This document shows, piece after piece, positions 29,466-41,000 of a stretch of DNA of 64,000 nt. The DNA comes from Dehalococcoidia bacterium (lineage in GTDB: Bacteria; Chloroflexota; Dehalococcoidia; Plut-88900). Numbering within the stretch: position 1 is the stretch's first letter; each line of letters opens with the position of its first letter. Position numbers and translations under genes: made by a program. Where the stretch lies: assembly GCA_965197645.1 (NCBI GenBank), contig OZ240219.1, positions 2,016,001 to 2,080,000 of the forward strand. The letters are read 5' to 3'. The notes beneath the pieces are model-generated. The model was not told the DNA's origin, did not search any database, and saw nothing but the letters and a program-made list of their open reading frames with translations.

Positions 29466-29634
29466 TAACTCCTCCTCGTCCTGGAAACGTTCTCGTAACC
29501 GGGTCATGCCACATAGCTGCACAGCGGACTCGAACCGCAGGAGTTGTCCTTGCCCCAGGCTCCCTTTAACAGCTCCTCGTGTACAGCCCCGTTTCTTGAC
29601 CTCAGGACGGCCACCGGCAAGCCCTAGATTCTGT

Positions 29635-30312
29635 TTATCGCCACAGGTTGGGATCGGGTCGGTTCATCAGTCCGAAGCCCAGATATCCATACCAGATAAC
29701 CAACAGCACGTAGAAGCCCCGCGCCAGGGTGATAAAGGTGTCGCGTCCATCGTTGTAGAGTATAGCTATCATGAAAAAGACCATTACGGCCAGGCTGATA
29801 AGGGCGGCCAACAGGGAGATTATCCGGTTGAACTCGTCTCTTGTGGAGAGGCCCAACGCGAAGATGAAGCCGCCAAACCCAAGCGCAATCCCACCGGCGT
29901 CGACGAGAGCGGAGCCGGCATGGTAGATGGAAACCCTTTCCCTGATCTGATCACTGGTTTGGGCTTCGGCCAGGATGAAGTCGATGCCGCCGGATAGAAT
30001 CCAACTCAGTCCGACCAAGATGATGAAGAAGCCCATCTGAGCCAACGCCTTGCCGTTGCCCTGCAAGGTTACGTTCCGCATTAGCGCATAGAGGCCCGAG
30101 AGGATCACGGCCAGGCTAAGGATTATCGCGATGTTGGTTACATTGGTCAGCACGGCGTTGGCACCCTTGGCCGTTATGGAGCCAACGGCGTCTGACACGT
30201 CTACGCTGTCTATCAGTAGTCCACCCGGTTCTATGAGAAAGAAGACGACGGCGATTATCGGGCCGAATATGAGGGACAGACCCGCTAGCCGGTTCACTGA
30301 TATTGTGCCCAT
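29635..30312 (-). CDS. Multi-pass membrane protein of unknown function
   Basis: About 6 hydrophobic helices; AAAGGAGG RBS before ATG 30312. Confidence 0.75.
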   Translation of the reverse strand: MGTISVNRLAGLSLIFGPIIAVVFFLIEPGGLLIDSVDVSDAVGSITAKGANAVLTNVTNIAIILSLAVILSGLYALMRNVTLQGNGKALAQMGFFIILVGLSWILSGGIDFILAEAQTSDQIRERVSIYHAGSALVDAGGIALGFGGFIFALGLSTRDEFNRIISLLAALISLAVMVFFMIAILYNDGRDTFITLARGFYVLLVIWYGYLGFGLMNRPDPNLWR

Positions 30313-30413
30313 GTTTGAACCTCCTTTGTGTGATGTCATGAAAAGGACCCTTTGGTTTCAATCCCTCCTAGCATACGTCCTGACGCTAGAGGTGTGGCAT
30401 TGCATTAGGAGAG

Positions 30414-30452
30414 TGACCTGCCCCCGATAGTTTTGCCACCCGCTAGGTTAGT
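30414..30452. mobile_element. Isolated IS3-family (IS407-like) terminal inverted repeat relic
   Basis: TGACCTGCCCCCGATAGTTTTGCCACCCGCTAGGTTAGT resembles IS407-group ends as I recall them. No transposase or second end seen. Confidence 0.4.
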
Positions 30453-31244
30453 CTCGTGGGGGTCCGTGCCTACCAACGTGTCCATAACACATCCTGACGG
30501 TTTAAGAGTACACAGCCCAGGGAACATGGAACTTGGGGGGAGGTGCGAGATACCGTATTACCCCAGACAGAAGACTCCAGCCTAGAATAGTCCGCTTCTT
30601 TTCTGCCTTTCAACCGAGCCGGTCACTAGGAGAGGGTCGGAGCCGGTACGTACTGCATGGCCCAAGAGATACGACACTCGGACTGTAACTGAGAATGTAG
30701 ATGCTCTGAACTTCGAAATCCAATGTGGCATCCAACGATGGACGAAACTCTACGAAATAGCCCATTACAGAATTATAGATCGGGGTGCTGGGTGAGTTAC
30801 TCGTGCGATACAACTCCTCCACCAACTGAACTGGAAAGCCTGCGCCATGCTTGTGATGGCCGGAGGGCCTGTAACCGGATTGTTAACTAGTTCTCTGTCC
30901 CGGCACGATTCTGGAGGCGTCCTGAGAGATGGTGTTGCCGTTGACGGTGCATATCTCATGCGGTGGTATCCGCCATGTACCGTTGCCTACCGAGCACGAG
31001 ATCATCTTCGAGCTATCTGTGAACTCCTGGTGGGCGCTAACCTTCAGTGGGCGACGTGTAGGAGACCCGCCGACTCTGTAGTCCATTTCGAACCCGACCT
31101 CGGATTGGGCCGGGGAGGTGGAACCTCAGGGAGAACCTCAAAGGATTGTTCTAGATGATTGTGGGGGCGATTGGTATTGGTGGTGGCTTTCTGACGGATC
31201 TTGAGTCCCGGCACTTACCGGCAAATTGAATCATGCAACCGCAC

Positions 31245-34200
31245 TCAGCAGTAACCGGGGATATCAGCTTCCCAGATATCGCAGGCAGTTAGCCCAGTGT
31301 GGTTATTGGCGTGTGGGTCGGCACCCCGTTCCAGTAGCAACTCTATGAACTCAGGTCGATAGTTGGGCCCCAGATCGTAGGAGGCCGCCACATGCAGCGG
31401 GGTGTTCCCTCGATTGTTCGTCGCTTGGATGTTTGCGCCCTTGTCCAGCAGAAACTCAGCTATCCACGGCGGGTTGCCGTCCTTGGTTGATATGTGTAAT
31501 GGTGTAGAACCAGCTTGGGTGGTGGCTTCAATATCGGCCCCGTGACGCAGTAGTAGCTCCAACACTTCCACATCAACCCTTCGATGTATCGCCATGTGCA
31601 ACGTAGTGTACCCATAGGAATTCTTGATACTTATGTCCGCGCCATAGTCCAGCAGCAACTCAAGCACTGCGGGGTCCTCGTTCCAATAAGCGGCCTTGTG
31701 CAATGGAGTATCGCCTCTATCGCCCAGCGCGTGTACATCTGCCCCTCGCTCAAGTAGTAGCTTGACCACCGATACCATGTTGGAACCGGCCGCAGCGTGC
31801 AATGGCGTGTCGCCGTCCCGGGCTTTGGCATTGATATCCGCGCCGAGATCCAGCAGCAACTCCACGATCCTCGGATCATTACTACTGAATGCTGCGCGGA
31901 TCAGTGGTGTAGTGCCAAAGTCGTTCGCTGCGTGAATGTCTGCACCGCGTTGGACCAGCATTTCTATGGTGTCCAGCCCATGACGTTCCAGGGCCGTGTG
32001 CAAGACCGTGTACCCGTACTCGTCTCTAGCCAGAATGTCGGCACCGTAGTCGAGCAGCAGGAACATGATTGCAGGGTCGTCATGCCATCCAGCCCTTATC
32101 AATGACGTGCCGCCATGGTGTTCTCTGATCTCGATGTCGGCGCCATGCTCTAGGAGCAATTTTATGACCGCCGGCTCATTGTTGCCGTATAGCGCAGCCA
32201 TAAGAGGAGTCTCACCGTAAATGGTCCTGGCATTGACATCCGCCCCGTGTTCCAGCAGCAGCTCAAACAACGTTGGGTCGGTGCTTGATCTTGCCGCCGA
32301 GTGCAGAGGCGTAGACTTGTTCCTGTCCACGGACATGATATCGGCGCCCCTGTCCAGAAGCTGTTCAACCAAAGCCTCGGCGTCATGACCCGCTGCCCAA
32401 TGCAAGGGGGTTTCGCCGTCAATGGTCCTAACATTGATATCCGCCCCATGTTCCAGCAGCAGTGAAGCGACTGCGGAGTCGCTGTTTAATTCCAGCGCCC
32501 AGTGCAAAGGCATCTGTCCTTGAGACGCCTGTGCGTTTACATTTGCGCCCCGGTCCAGCAGCAGCTTGACTATGGACTTTACGTTGTATCCTGCGGCCCA
32601 ATGCAGTGGAGAGGCAGCGACATCGGTCCTGACATTGACTACAGCGCCCCGGTCCAAGAGTAACTGAACGACTCGGACAGCGTCATTACCGGCGGCCGCC
32701 CGGTGCAGTGGAGTAGCACCGGAATCGTCCCTGGCATTAGCGTCTGCTCCGTGTTCCAGCAGCAGCTCGATAACGCCTGTCCTCGTATTGCATTCTGCCG
32801 CCCAGTGCAGCAGGGTGCGGCCATTCTCGTCTGTGGCGGTGACTTCTGCACCTTCCTCCAGATCGGCGAAGAGTCTTTCTTCGTCAACCTCGCTCCACGA
32901 AGAAACGGAGGAAATTCCAGCCCAGGGTGCAGCGCCACTCTCCGTATCGCGATAGTATGATTCCTCGCAGCCATTCAGCTCATTACGGAGAGGCGGGTCC
33001 TCCGGTTTAGGATCGGAAACTCCGAAGAATGATCCGGGAGACCGTTGGCTCCAGCAAGACACCGAGCCGTCGGGTCTTAACCCGCATGCGTAAGAAGATC
33101 CCACCCCGACGGAGGCGAACTTCCCAGTCGGCGGCGTAGCGCCGCCTTGATATCTCTTGCCCCAGCAAGCTACCGAGCCGTCGGTCTTCACGCCACATCC
33201 GTGGTAAGTCTCGTTGCTGACAGAGACGAACTTTCCGGGCGGTAGATAGGCATCACGTTGAAAATCCTCTCCCCAGCAAGCTGCCGAGCCATCGGTCCTC
33301 ACCCCGCAGGTGGGGCCGTAGCCAGCGCTGACGGAGGCAAACTCTCCCGACGTCGGCGCGTCCTCTATTAGCCAGTACACACCCCAGCAGGCTACCGAGC
33401 CGTCGGTCCTCACACCACACGAGTTCCGATACCCGGCGCTGACGGAGGCGAACTCCCCCGGCGGCGGCGAAGCCTGCCCATCTTCGTTATAACCCCAACA
33501 TGCCAATGATCCATCGGTCTTCACTCCACAGGTGTGTTGCGGACCTGCGTCGATGAAGGCAAACTTCCCTGGTGGCGGATCGGATCGGCTATCCAGGCCC
33601 CAGCACTCTACTGAGCCGTCTGTCCTCAGCCCGCACGTATGGGATCCCCCCGCGCTGACGGAGGCGAACTTCCCCGAAGGAGGCGTGGACTGGCCATAGT
33701 CATTCTCACCCCAGCAGGCCACCGAGCGGTCGTTCTTCAATCCACATGAATGCCATGTTCCTGGGCTAACGGAAGCGAACTGGCCTGGCGGCGGCCTAGC
33801 AGGGTGCCAATAGGGACTGCCCCAGCACTCCACCGTACCGTCGGGCCTCACACCGCACGTGTGGGAATGCCCGGCACTAACGGAAATGAACTTCCCCGAC
33901 GGCGGCGTGGCCTGGCCTTCGTTGTCCTCTCCCCAGCAGGCAATCGAGCCGTCAATCTTCACCCAGCAAGCGTGAAGACGCCCGACGCTGACAGAGGTGT
34001 ATTTACCCAACTCTGGCGTGGTCAGCCCCACGGGGGTCCCGGTGGGTATCCCTCTCCAAGGCGGCATCCCGCCCCAGCAGACTGCTGAACCGTCGGTCCT
34101 CACTCCGCACGAGTGGATAGCCCCGGCGCTAACGGAAGCGAACTCTCCGGGCGGCGGCGTGGCCTGGCCATATTCGTCATAGCGCCAGCAGACCACTGAG

Positions 34201-34790
34201 CCGTTGGTCTTCACTCCGCATGAGTATCGATCCCCCGCGCTGACGGAGACGAACTCTCCCGACGGCGGAGGAGACTGGCCGTATTCGTCATACCCCCAGC
34301 AAGCCAGCGTGCCGTCAATTCTCACTCCGCAGGTGTGGCCTCCGCCAGCACTCACGGAGGCAAACTCTCCGGGCGGCGGCGTGGCTTGTCCCCATTCGTC
34401 GTCGCCCCAGCAGGCCGCCGTCCCGTCGTGCCTCACTCCGCACGTGTGACGTCTCCCGACACTGACCGAAGCAAACTCTCCCTGCGGCGGCGTGGCCTGA
34501 CCAAATTCGTCATTGCCCCAGCACACTATTGATCCGTCGGCGCTCACCCCGCAGGTGTGAGATTCTCCGGCGCTGACGGAAGCGAACTCAACCGACTTCG
34601 GCTCTGAAGCGAGGGTGGAAGGGAATGTTGAACCAGGGGGCAATGCGGGTTGGGCAGGTCCGTCAGGCAGGGTCGTGCCGGTACATGCTGCTAGGAACGC
34701 AGTGAGCAAGAGCACCAAGAGACCTATCTGCGCGGCCCGACGAATTCCTCTCCACGAACTGCGGGCTACAGTGACAAGTGGTTCATACAA
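31245..34790 (-). CDS. Lipoprotein with 14 RCC1-like repeats and ~15 ankyrin repeats, 1181 aa
   Basis: Lipobox FLAAC; FASVSAGxxHTCGVRxDGSxxCWG repeats; GxTPLHxAA..LLLxxGADxN repeats. Confidence 0.93.
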   Translation of the reverse strand: MYEPLVTVARSSWRGIRRAAQIGLLVLLLTAFLAACTGTTLPDGPAQPALPPGSTFPSTLASEPKSVEFASVSAGESHTCGVSADGSIVCWGNDEFGQATPPQGEFASVSVGRRHTCGVRHDGTAACWGDDEWGQATPPPGEFASVSAGGGHTCGVRIDGTLACWGYDEYGQSPPPSGEFVSVSAGDRYSCGVKTNGSVVCWRYDEYGQATPPPGEFASVSAGAIHSCGVRTDGSAVCWGGMPPWRGIPTGTPVGLTTPELGKYTSVSVGRLHACWVKIDGSIACWGEDNEGQATPPSGKFISVSAGHSHTCGVRPDGTVECWGSPYWHPARPPPGQFASVSPGTWHSCGLKNDRSVACWGENDYGQSTPPSGKFASVSAGGSHTCGLRTDGSVECWGLDSRSDPPPGKFAFIDAGPQHTCGVKTDGSLACWGYNEDGQASPPPGEFASVSAGYRNSCGVRTDGSVACWGVYWLIEDAPTSGEFASVSAGYGPTCGVRTDGSAACWGEDFQRDAYLPPGKFVSVSNETYHGCGVKTDGSVACWGKRYQGGATPPTGKFASVGVGSSYACGLRPDGSVSCWSQRSPGSFFGVSDPKPEDPPLRNELNGCEESYYRDTESGAAPWAGISSVSSWSEVDEERLFADLEEGAEVTATDENGRTLLHWAAECNTRTGVIELLLEHGADANARDDSGATPLHRAAAGNDAVRVVQLLLDRGAVVNVRTDVAASPLHWAAGYNVKSIVKLLLDRGANVNAQASQGQMPLHWALELNSDSAVASLLLEHGADINVRTIDGETPLHWAAGHDAEALVEQLLDRGADIMSVDRNKSTPLHSAARSSTDPTLFELLLEHGADVNARTIYGETPLMAALYGNNEPAVIKLLLEHGADIEIREHHGGTSLIRAGWHDDPAIMFLLLDYGADILARDEYGYTVLHTALERHGLDTIEMLVQRGADIHAANDFGTTPLIRAAFSSNDPRIVELLLDLGADINAKARDGDTPLHAAAGSNMVSVVKLLLERGADVHALGDRGDTPLHKAAYWNEDPAVLELLLDYGADISIKNSYGYTTLHMAIHRRVDVEVLELLLRHGADIEATTQAGSTPLHISTKDGNPPWIAEFLLDKGANIQATNNRGNTPLHVAASYDLGPNYRPEFIELLLERGADPHANNHTGLTACDIWEADIPGYC

Positions 34791-35221
34791 GAGCCCTACT
34801 CCGTCTTCGATAGACCCAAGGCTTCTTTAACTGAGTGTTCTTGTGAATGTGACCGTAGGGAGTCTTGATTTTGTGGGAGGGGTGGTGGGCGTTTCTCGTA
34901 CGATAGACCGAAACATCTTAGCATAGTGGCTAGAAAGCCGGTCGGCTTAGGGAGACCGAGTGGACGGTGCTGCAGCAAAGGCTCCGATAGTCTCTTGGCT
35001 CCCTCTTCGGTTCTCCGATAAGGGGCATGCCTGCGTACGCTCCAAGACTGGCATTGACCGCCCGCAGGGTCGGAAGCGCAAGAAACGCCGCATACTAAAG
35101 CATCTCTGCGAGACTTTAAGGAATTGCCCAGGCACACTATAAGGACGGAGAGCCGGATACCCTACCCTAGTCTGTTATCATCTCTAGTCTACGAGCGAGT
35201 AGAAAGGGCCTGTTTTCAGCC

Positions 35222-36454
35222 ATGCCGAACCTGGTCCGGCTCATATTGGTGGCTGGCCTGATGATCGGCGCCGCTGCCTGCGACGACGGAGCTCCGGAGG
35301 AGCCGAGGGGCTCCGGGCCCATGAAGATCGGGCTGATGCTGAACTACAGCGGCGCCCCTGAGACCGCAGCCGATAGGAAGCGCGCCTTCGATCTGGCGAT
35401 ACGGCACATCAACGAGGCCGGCGGCGTGCTTGGCATGCCCGTGGAAGGTGTGGAGGCCGACTCCACGCGAGACCCGCAGCTGGGGGTTGAGGCAGCGCGG
35501 CGCCTGGCGGAGGTGGAAGGCGTTCATGCTATCGTGGGCCCCACCGCCAGCGTCATAGCATTGCCCGTTGCAGAGATGGTGGCAGGGTCGGCCGGCGTGC
35601 CCACCATCAGCCCCTCGGCTACTTCCCCCCAACTGACCCTCGCGGCGGACGACGGCTACTTTTTCCGAACGGCCCTTTCCGACACCGCCCAGGGCCCGGT
35701 TCTCGCCGGCGTGACCAGCGAGCGAGGCTTCGACAACGTGGGCTTGGTCTACATCGATGATCCGTACGGTCAGGGGCTAGCTCGCAGCTTCGAGGAGTCG
35801 TGGGACGGACAGTTGCGCTCCGTCCCCGTCGACCGCCAACAGACGACCCACATTGCGGAGCTGCAGGAGAGTGCGAGCGCAGGCGCCCAGGCGTTGGTAG
35901 TGATTACCTTCGAGCAGCAGGCGCTGGCCATAGTCCGGGAGGCGCTGGAAGAGGGCATCTACACCCAGTTCGTCTTCGGCGATGCCGCCAAGAGGTTGAG
36001 CCTGGTCACAGAGATAGGCGGCGAGCGGCTTGGCGATATGTACGGTACCGCAGGGGCCCCCGCCCCGGACAATGACGCCACCGCCGCGTGGGAGACGGCC
36101 TTCAAAGACGCCTATGGCGGGCCGCCTCAGCTCACCTACGTCAAGGAGACCTACGACGCGACCGTTGCCTTAGCCCTGGCCGCCCAGGCGGCTGGAAGCC
36201 TTGACGGCGCAGCCATTCGGGACCATCTGCGGACCGTCTGCAGTCCGCCCGGGGAGATCGTCCTGGGGACTGCAGACGGAGTCGCCGAGGGCCTTCGCCT
36301 GCTAGCCGCGGGCCGCCAGATCGACTACGAGGGTGCAGCCAATTCCCTGGACTGGGACGAGAACGGGGATCTGCTGCAGGGCTACATCGGCATCTGGCGG
36401 TATACGCGAGACGAGCGGATCGAGGAGCTGGATACGATACTCTTCCAATACTGA
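35222..36454 (+). CDS. Orphan ABC substrate-binding lipoprotein (branched-chain amino acid/LivJ-like)
   Basis: Lipobox AAAC; AIRHINEAGGVLG, ISPSATSP, FFRTALSD, YDA. No permease genes nearby. Confidence 0.88.
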   Translation: MPNLVRLILVAGLMIGAAACDDGAPEEPRGSGPMKIGLMLNYSGAPETAADRKRAFDLAIRHINEAGGVLGMPVEGVEADSTRDPQLGVEAARRLAEVEGVHAIVGPTASVIALPVAEMVAGSAGVPTISPSATSPQLTLAADDGYFFRTALSDTAQGPVLAGVTSERGFDNVGLVYIDDPYGQGLARSFEESWDGQLRSVPVDRQQTTHIAELQESASAGAQALVVITFEQQALAIVREALEEGIYTQFVFGDAAKRLSLVTEIGGERLGDMYGTAGAPAPDNDATAAWETAFKDAYGGPPQLTYVKETYDATVALALAAQAAGSLDGAAIRDHLRTVCSPPGEIVLGTADGVAEGLRLLAAGRQIDYEGAANSLDWDENGDLLQGYIGIWRYTRDERIEELDTILFQY

Positions 36455-36621
36455 GGGCGCCCTGGACGAGCTCACTCTTCCGCCCAAGTTGAGGGATCAG
36501 AGAGATTATGCCTAGGCATGGGGAGCTAGGGGGGATGTGCGCCCGGATATGAAACCCCATCTATGGCGGACACAGCGGCCGAGGTGGTGTCCTCCCTTCT
36601 CAGCAGGATGAACGCCCTTGC

Positions 36622-37371
36622 GTGCTACACTGGCAGCTATGTTCCCGGCCACCTAACACAGGAGAACGCTTGGGACCCTTAACCGGGCAGACCAGCAAAT
36701 CAGGACCGAGCCGTTTCAGGTTCGCAGGCCTGGGACTCCTGTTCTCCATAGTCGTCGGCTTACTTTCAGCCTGCGATAACCCCCAATCTCCGCCTGCACC
36801 GATAGACATCACAGCGCCAGCGGTCACCGCCACATCTAGTCCTGAACCCACGCCAACAGCCACACCCAGTCCGACAGCGGAACCCACGGCTACGTTCATT
36901 CCCACTCCCGCCCCTGCGGACACACCTACGTCAACCCCGACGGTTACGCCCCTGGCTTTGTCAGCCAAGGAGATGTTGAAAGCGGCTAACGCTGCCGTCA
37001 AGGGCATCGACTCCGGACACTTCGAAGGCGAGTTCACATTGGAAGGAGAAATCGAAGAGACGAAGCAAGTCCTATCCATAAGTATATCCGGGGTCTTTCT
37101 TGCACCTGAAAGCGCGCACTGGTCGACGACCTACGACTTTGAGAGCCCGTTCATTGTTGACGTAGGTGGCGCCGAAGTGGATATCGCCAGTGAGAATTGA
37201 ACACAGGAATGGTTTACGGTGGGAGACTATGTCTATTGGTTGGACTCCTTAGGAGGGAACGAGCGGTACACAAGAGACAGCATCATGTTGTCCTTTGAAC
37301 CAATGGATCTCTTCGAGTTAGACCTCCTGGACGTCGACGGTGAAATCTCTGCATACGAGCAAGAGTATTGA
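36622..37371 (+). pseudogene. Lipoprotein with P/T-rich linker and LppX/LprAFG-like domain, interrupted by an in-frame TGA
   Basis: Lipobox LLSAC, PTPT linker. TGA at 37198-37200, then a protein-like in-frame continuation TQEWFTVGDYVYWLD...EQEY*. Family assignment is tentative. Confidence 0.55.
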
Positions 37372-37588
37372 CGCTGACGCCCTTAACGAGAGGCCCCGAT
37401 CGACGTATCCTACCGCGTAGCGGAATGCTCCAGTGACTACGATCAGGTCAGGATGTCACACCCTCCTGTGCCAGTCAACTAGGTACCCATCTCCAACTGG
37501 ATCGAATCACTGGGCCCATATTCGTAGTTAGTGGCTTGATATCGCACCTCCCCAAAAAGGCGCTGAGTCAGATCTTCTACCAAAACCG

Positions 37589-37664
37589 TTTGTGGTAAGA
37601 ATGGGGGGAACCAACGCTGTATTGTAGCCGGTTCACAGCTAAATCCGAATCCCACCTTTTCGCC
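37589..37664 (+). repeat. Degenerate att-like copy (tRNA-Ser 3' end plus upstream flank)
   Basis: 53/68 ungapped identity (hand alignment) to 51777-51844, including CGAATCCCACC. Confidence 0.7.
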
Positions 37665-38061
37665 TGCCTGGTTTCACCTCTGAGCAGGCCGCTTTCCGGG
37701 AATGTTCAGTCAGGATGCCGACCTTCTACCATTACCCGAGAGAGCACTGTGTCACCTGCTTACAACCAACCTAATGAAGTCGGCAGTGCAGCGCTGTGAT
37801 TCAGTACAGGTGCGGCCAAGCGCTATCAGAGAGTGGACAAAACGATATCTATTATCCGGAAGACGCGTATGGTGACTGCGAAAGGGTAGCGTCGATTGCG
37901 GGCGGCAGAGTTGATAAGAGACGTATATCTCGGCACTAGGTACGTGGATGGGAGAACCCCCGAAGCTATGGCGGGGATGGACACTGGCTGATCATGGCTA
38001 CACAACTCTCGGGGCTACCCCTGGGAAGAAATAGAGGAGAAGCGGTCTGGGTTCAGGGCAG

Positions 38062-38067
38062 TATAAT
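38062..38067 (+). promoter_or_regulatory. TATAAT -10 box 6 nt before ATG (possible leaderless transcript)
   Basis: GTATAATGGGCGGATG, with no SD sequence between the -10 box and the ATG. Confidence 0.45.
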
Positions 38068-38073
38068 GGGCGG

Positions 38074-41000
38074 ATGAAGAGCATGTTTCGGAGGGTCAGG
38101 TCCCATTTCGCCCTGCTTCTTGTCTTGGCGGTAGTTCTTGGTGGCTTGCTCTTCCTCTTCGAGCTTTTTGGCGGGCTCACCAGCGACGGCCCCAAGGACC
38201 TGCTAACGACCAACGACTCCGCCGACTCAACGGCGGAGATGCCAAGCGGTGCCCGCCTCATCGCATTGTTGACACCGGGTATGTTTGTCCTGCTGGGTAT
38301 CGGGGCGCTTGCGCTTCTTAGGCGGCGGCTGAAACACGGACACGGGCGTAGATGGGCTCCCGTCCTGCTGGGAGCGATGGCGGTGGGACTATTGGGGTCG
38401 GGTGTGTACCTGTCGGTTGGCACGGTACTGGGCGGAGTGGATGACGGTGGACATTCGGTCGCCACCGAGTATGTGACGCCCCTGGGACTGACGCTGCTAG
38501 CGGCGTTCATAGTGACCGTCGGTGTGGTGGCCGTTACGAAGCCCCGGCTCTTACCTATACCCCTGATTGCGTGGCTAGTTCCCGCACTGATATTCGGCAT
38601 GTTGGGCTCAAATGCCATAGCCGGGATGAATCTATTCAACCATCATTCGAAGGTGGAGACGACGCAAGGCTACGAGAATGCGGTAAACGTGTACTGGCAG
38701 GCTGGAGTAGGGCCCCCTGCAGAAGAAGGGCAGCCGGGTAACGTTAGTGATACGGGTTCACTAACGGGAGCGGAGTACCACGTCAACGCCTTGTTACACG
38801 GAACTCCCGAGGAAAGAGCCGAAGCCGTATCTGAACTAGTAAGGACGCCCGACCCGGCCGTAGTACCTCCTCTTGTCCAGGCACTGGGCGACAGTGACGA
38901 GGAAGTCACTACGGCAGCAAGAGAAGTCCTTCAGGAGGCATTGGAGAGCGACGATCCGGAAGTGAAACAAGCAGCAGAGTCGGCGCTGGTAGAGGCGTTA
39001 GGAGATGGGGACCTGATTGTGAGGGCCGCGGCAGAAAGGATCATGGAGGAGGGTGACAATTTCATCGCACTGTTGGAGAGTGGTGGGGCCCTGGTCTACT
39101 TGAGTGACCGGGTGTATTGGGCGCCGGGGACAACTACCGACACAGCATCGGAGCCGGCAACGATCGCCGTATTCGAAGTGACTGGAGCGAGTGCGACGGG
39201 CTACCTTCGTGTAGATGTCGGGGATGAATACACGGGACAGGGCTGGGTCAGACTCGATCCGGTGGAACTCTCGTATCCGGCCAGGACGCCGACACAACGG
39301 CTGGTTTACTCCAACGTAATCGAAGATGAGGCCTTGGAAATCCTTCCGCGGCAAGATGCAGCAACTGCGTTGCTGGCCTGGCCGGAAAGCTCGGCTGAGG
39401 AGACGCTAAAACAACGAATTACCATTTCAGCCCCCGAACAGGAACAAAAAGTGCCTGCAGGCTCAGTGCCGACTTCCATCGGTGCGGACTTCTTCGATGC
39501 CGACGGGCGCTATAGACCTTTCAGCGGCACATTCTCGACCGACCAGGAAGTCGAACAGTATGGGTGGACGTCCACCGTACACCGGTTCTCCGAAGATCAA
39601 CTGCGGGGTGCACAGACTTTTTCGGATTCCGCCGCCCTTGCGCTGCCGGAAATCGTAACCGAAAGGGTACGTCTGCTAGCCGAGGAAATCACCGGAGAGC
39701 ACGCTTCACCGTATGAGAAGGCCAGGGCCCTGGTCTGGTACCTGCGGGAGACATACGAATACGAGTTCGTGTCGGAGGATGATGAGGCCTTGCCGGAAAA
39801 CGGTGATGCAGTCGATCGGTTCCTCTTTGAGACCATGAAGGGCACGTGCGGCGATTTCAGCAGTGCGTTCGTGGTGCTTGCCAGGTCGGTGGGGATACCT
39901 GCGCGCGTGGTGTCGGGGTGGGTAATTGAGGAAAACGCAGAGCGGCAAACGGTCTACACGGACCAAGCGCATCAGTGGGCAGAAGTGGCATTCGAAGAGC
40001 TGGGTTGGCGGCGGTTCGAGCCGACACACATTAACGGCCCCCCTTTCCGCGCCCAGGTGACTGAGGTCTGGGAAGACGAGCTGCATCGTTTGGAAGAAAA
40101 GCTCTTCAGCAGACCTGACCCGGGCGAACGCATAGACGCTGTTGATGACCTGGTGGAATATTCGACAAAAGCGCCGTCTGAATTGAGGGATGTCAGTAGT
40201 CTATTGATCGGCGCATTGGGCGGTGACGAGGCGGTGGAGGTTCGGGCCAGGTCCGCCGAAGCCTTGGGAGACAAAGCTTATTGGAATGCACGACATGCCC
40301 TGATTACTGCTCTCTACGAGGATGGTGCGGAAGAGGTGAGGGCCGCCTCGGCAGAAGCTCTGGTAAAGCTACGTGGGGAGGATTCGGTGAGGGCGCTGAT
40401 CAGAGCGTTGCAAACGGACGAGTCCCCAAAGGTCAGAACCATCTCAATCGCCGGTCTGACGGAGCTGAAAGACCTGAGGGCGATCGGACCGATACTCGGG
40501 GCCCTTTCAGATCCAATCGAGGAGGTGCGGGAAGCGGCAAAGGCGGCATTGAAGGAGCTCGGGGCCACGGTAACCGAATTGGAGGGCGGTGGGCGGACGG
40601 CCCTAGTCGAAGGTCAAGCGATAGCGTTCAATCCAAGCACAACGACGGCGCAGGCGCAAGAACCGCCGCAGAAAGCGTTATTCGAGGTCACGGCCACAGG
40701 GGCAATCAGCTATCTAAGAACGGGAGTGGGAGACATCTACGAAGACGGGCGCTGGACGCAGACCGACCCGGTTGAGGCGTCCTTTGAAGCCAATGAGCTG
40801 CTGGTGGCAGTTGAGAGATTGGCGTCGGGCAGAACAGATCGGCGACCACCACCAAGCTCATCCCTTGCTCCCCATCTGGCTAGCGAGAGCACCTTAATCA
40901 CTGTAAGAATTTCGCCGTTGAATTCCGGCGAGGTCATCTCGGCCGGCGTGATTCCCGCCCCCGAGGGCATGCGTATTGTGTCTGAGCCGGGCGTGTACAT

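Noticed and set aside
29515-29590. tRNA-like fold on the minus strand (GGCUGUACA/UGUGCAGCU stem plus GCGG-UUCGAGU-CCGC T-loop)
   Set aside because: No D or anticodon arm and no CCA. The same bases translate as HEELLKGAWG..LCSYV..RLR, resembling a decayed OmpR-type winged-helix fragment. tRNAscan/Infernal would settle it.
30600-31200. Short ORFs in an AT-richer stretch (similarly 37700-38000 and 51060-51700)
   Set aside because: No recognisable motif, RBS or consistent frame; probably relics that I cannot assign.
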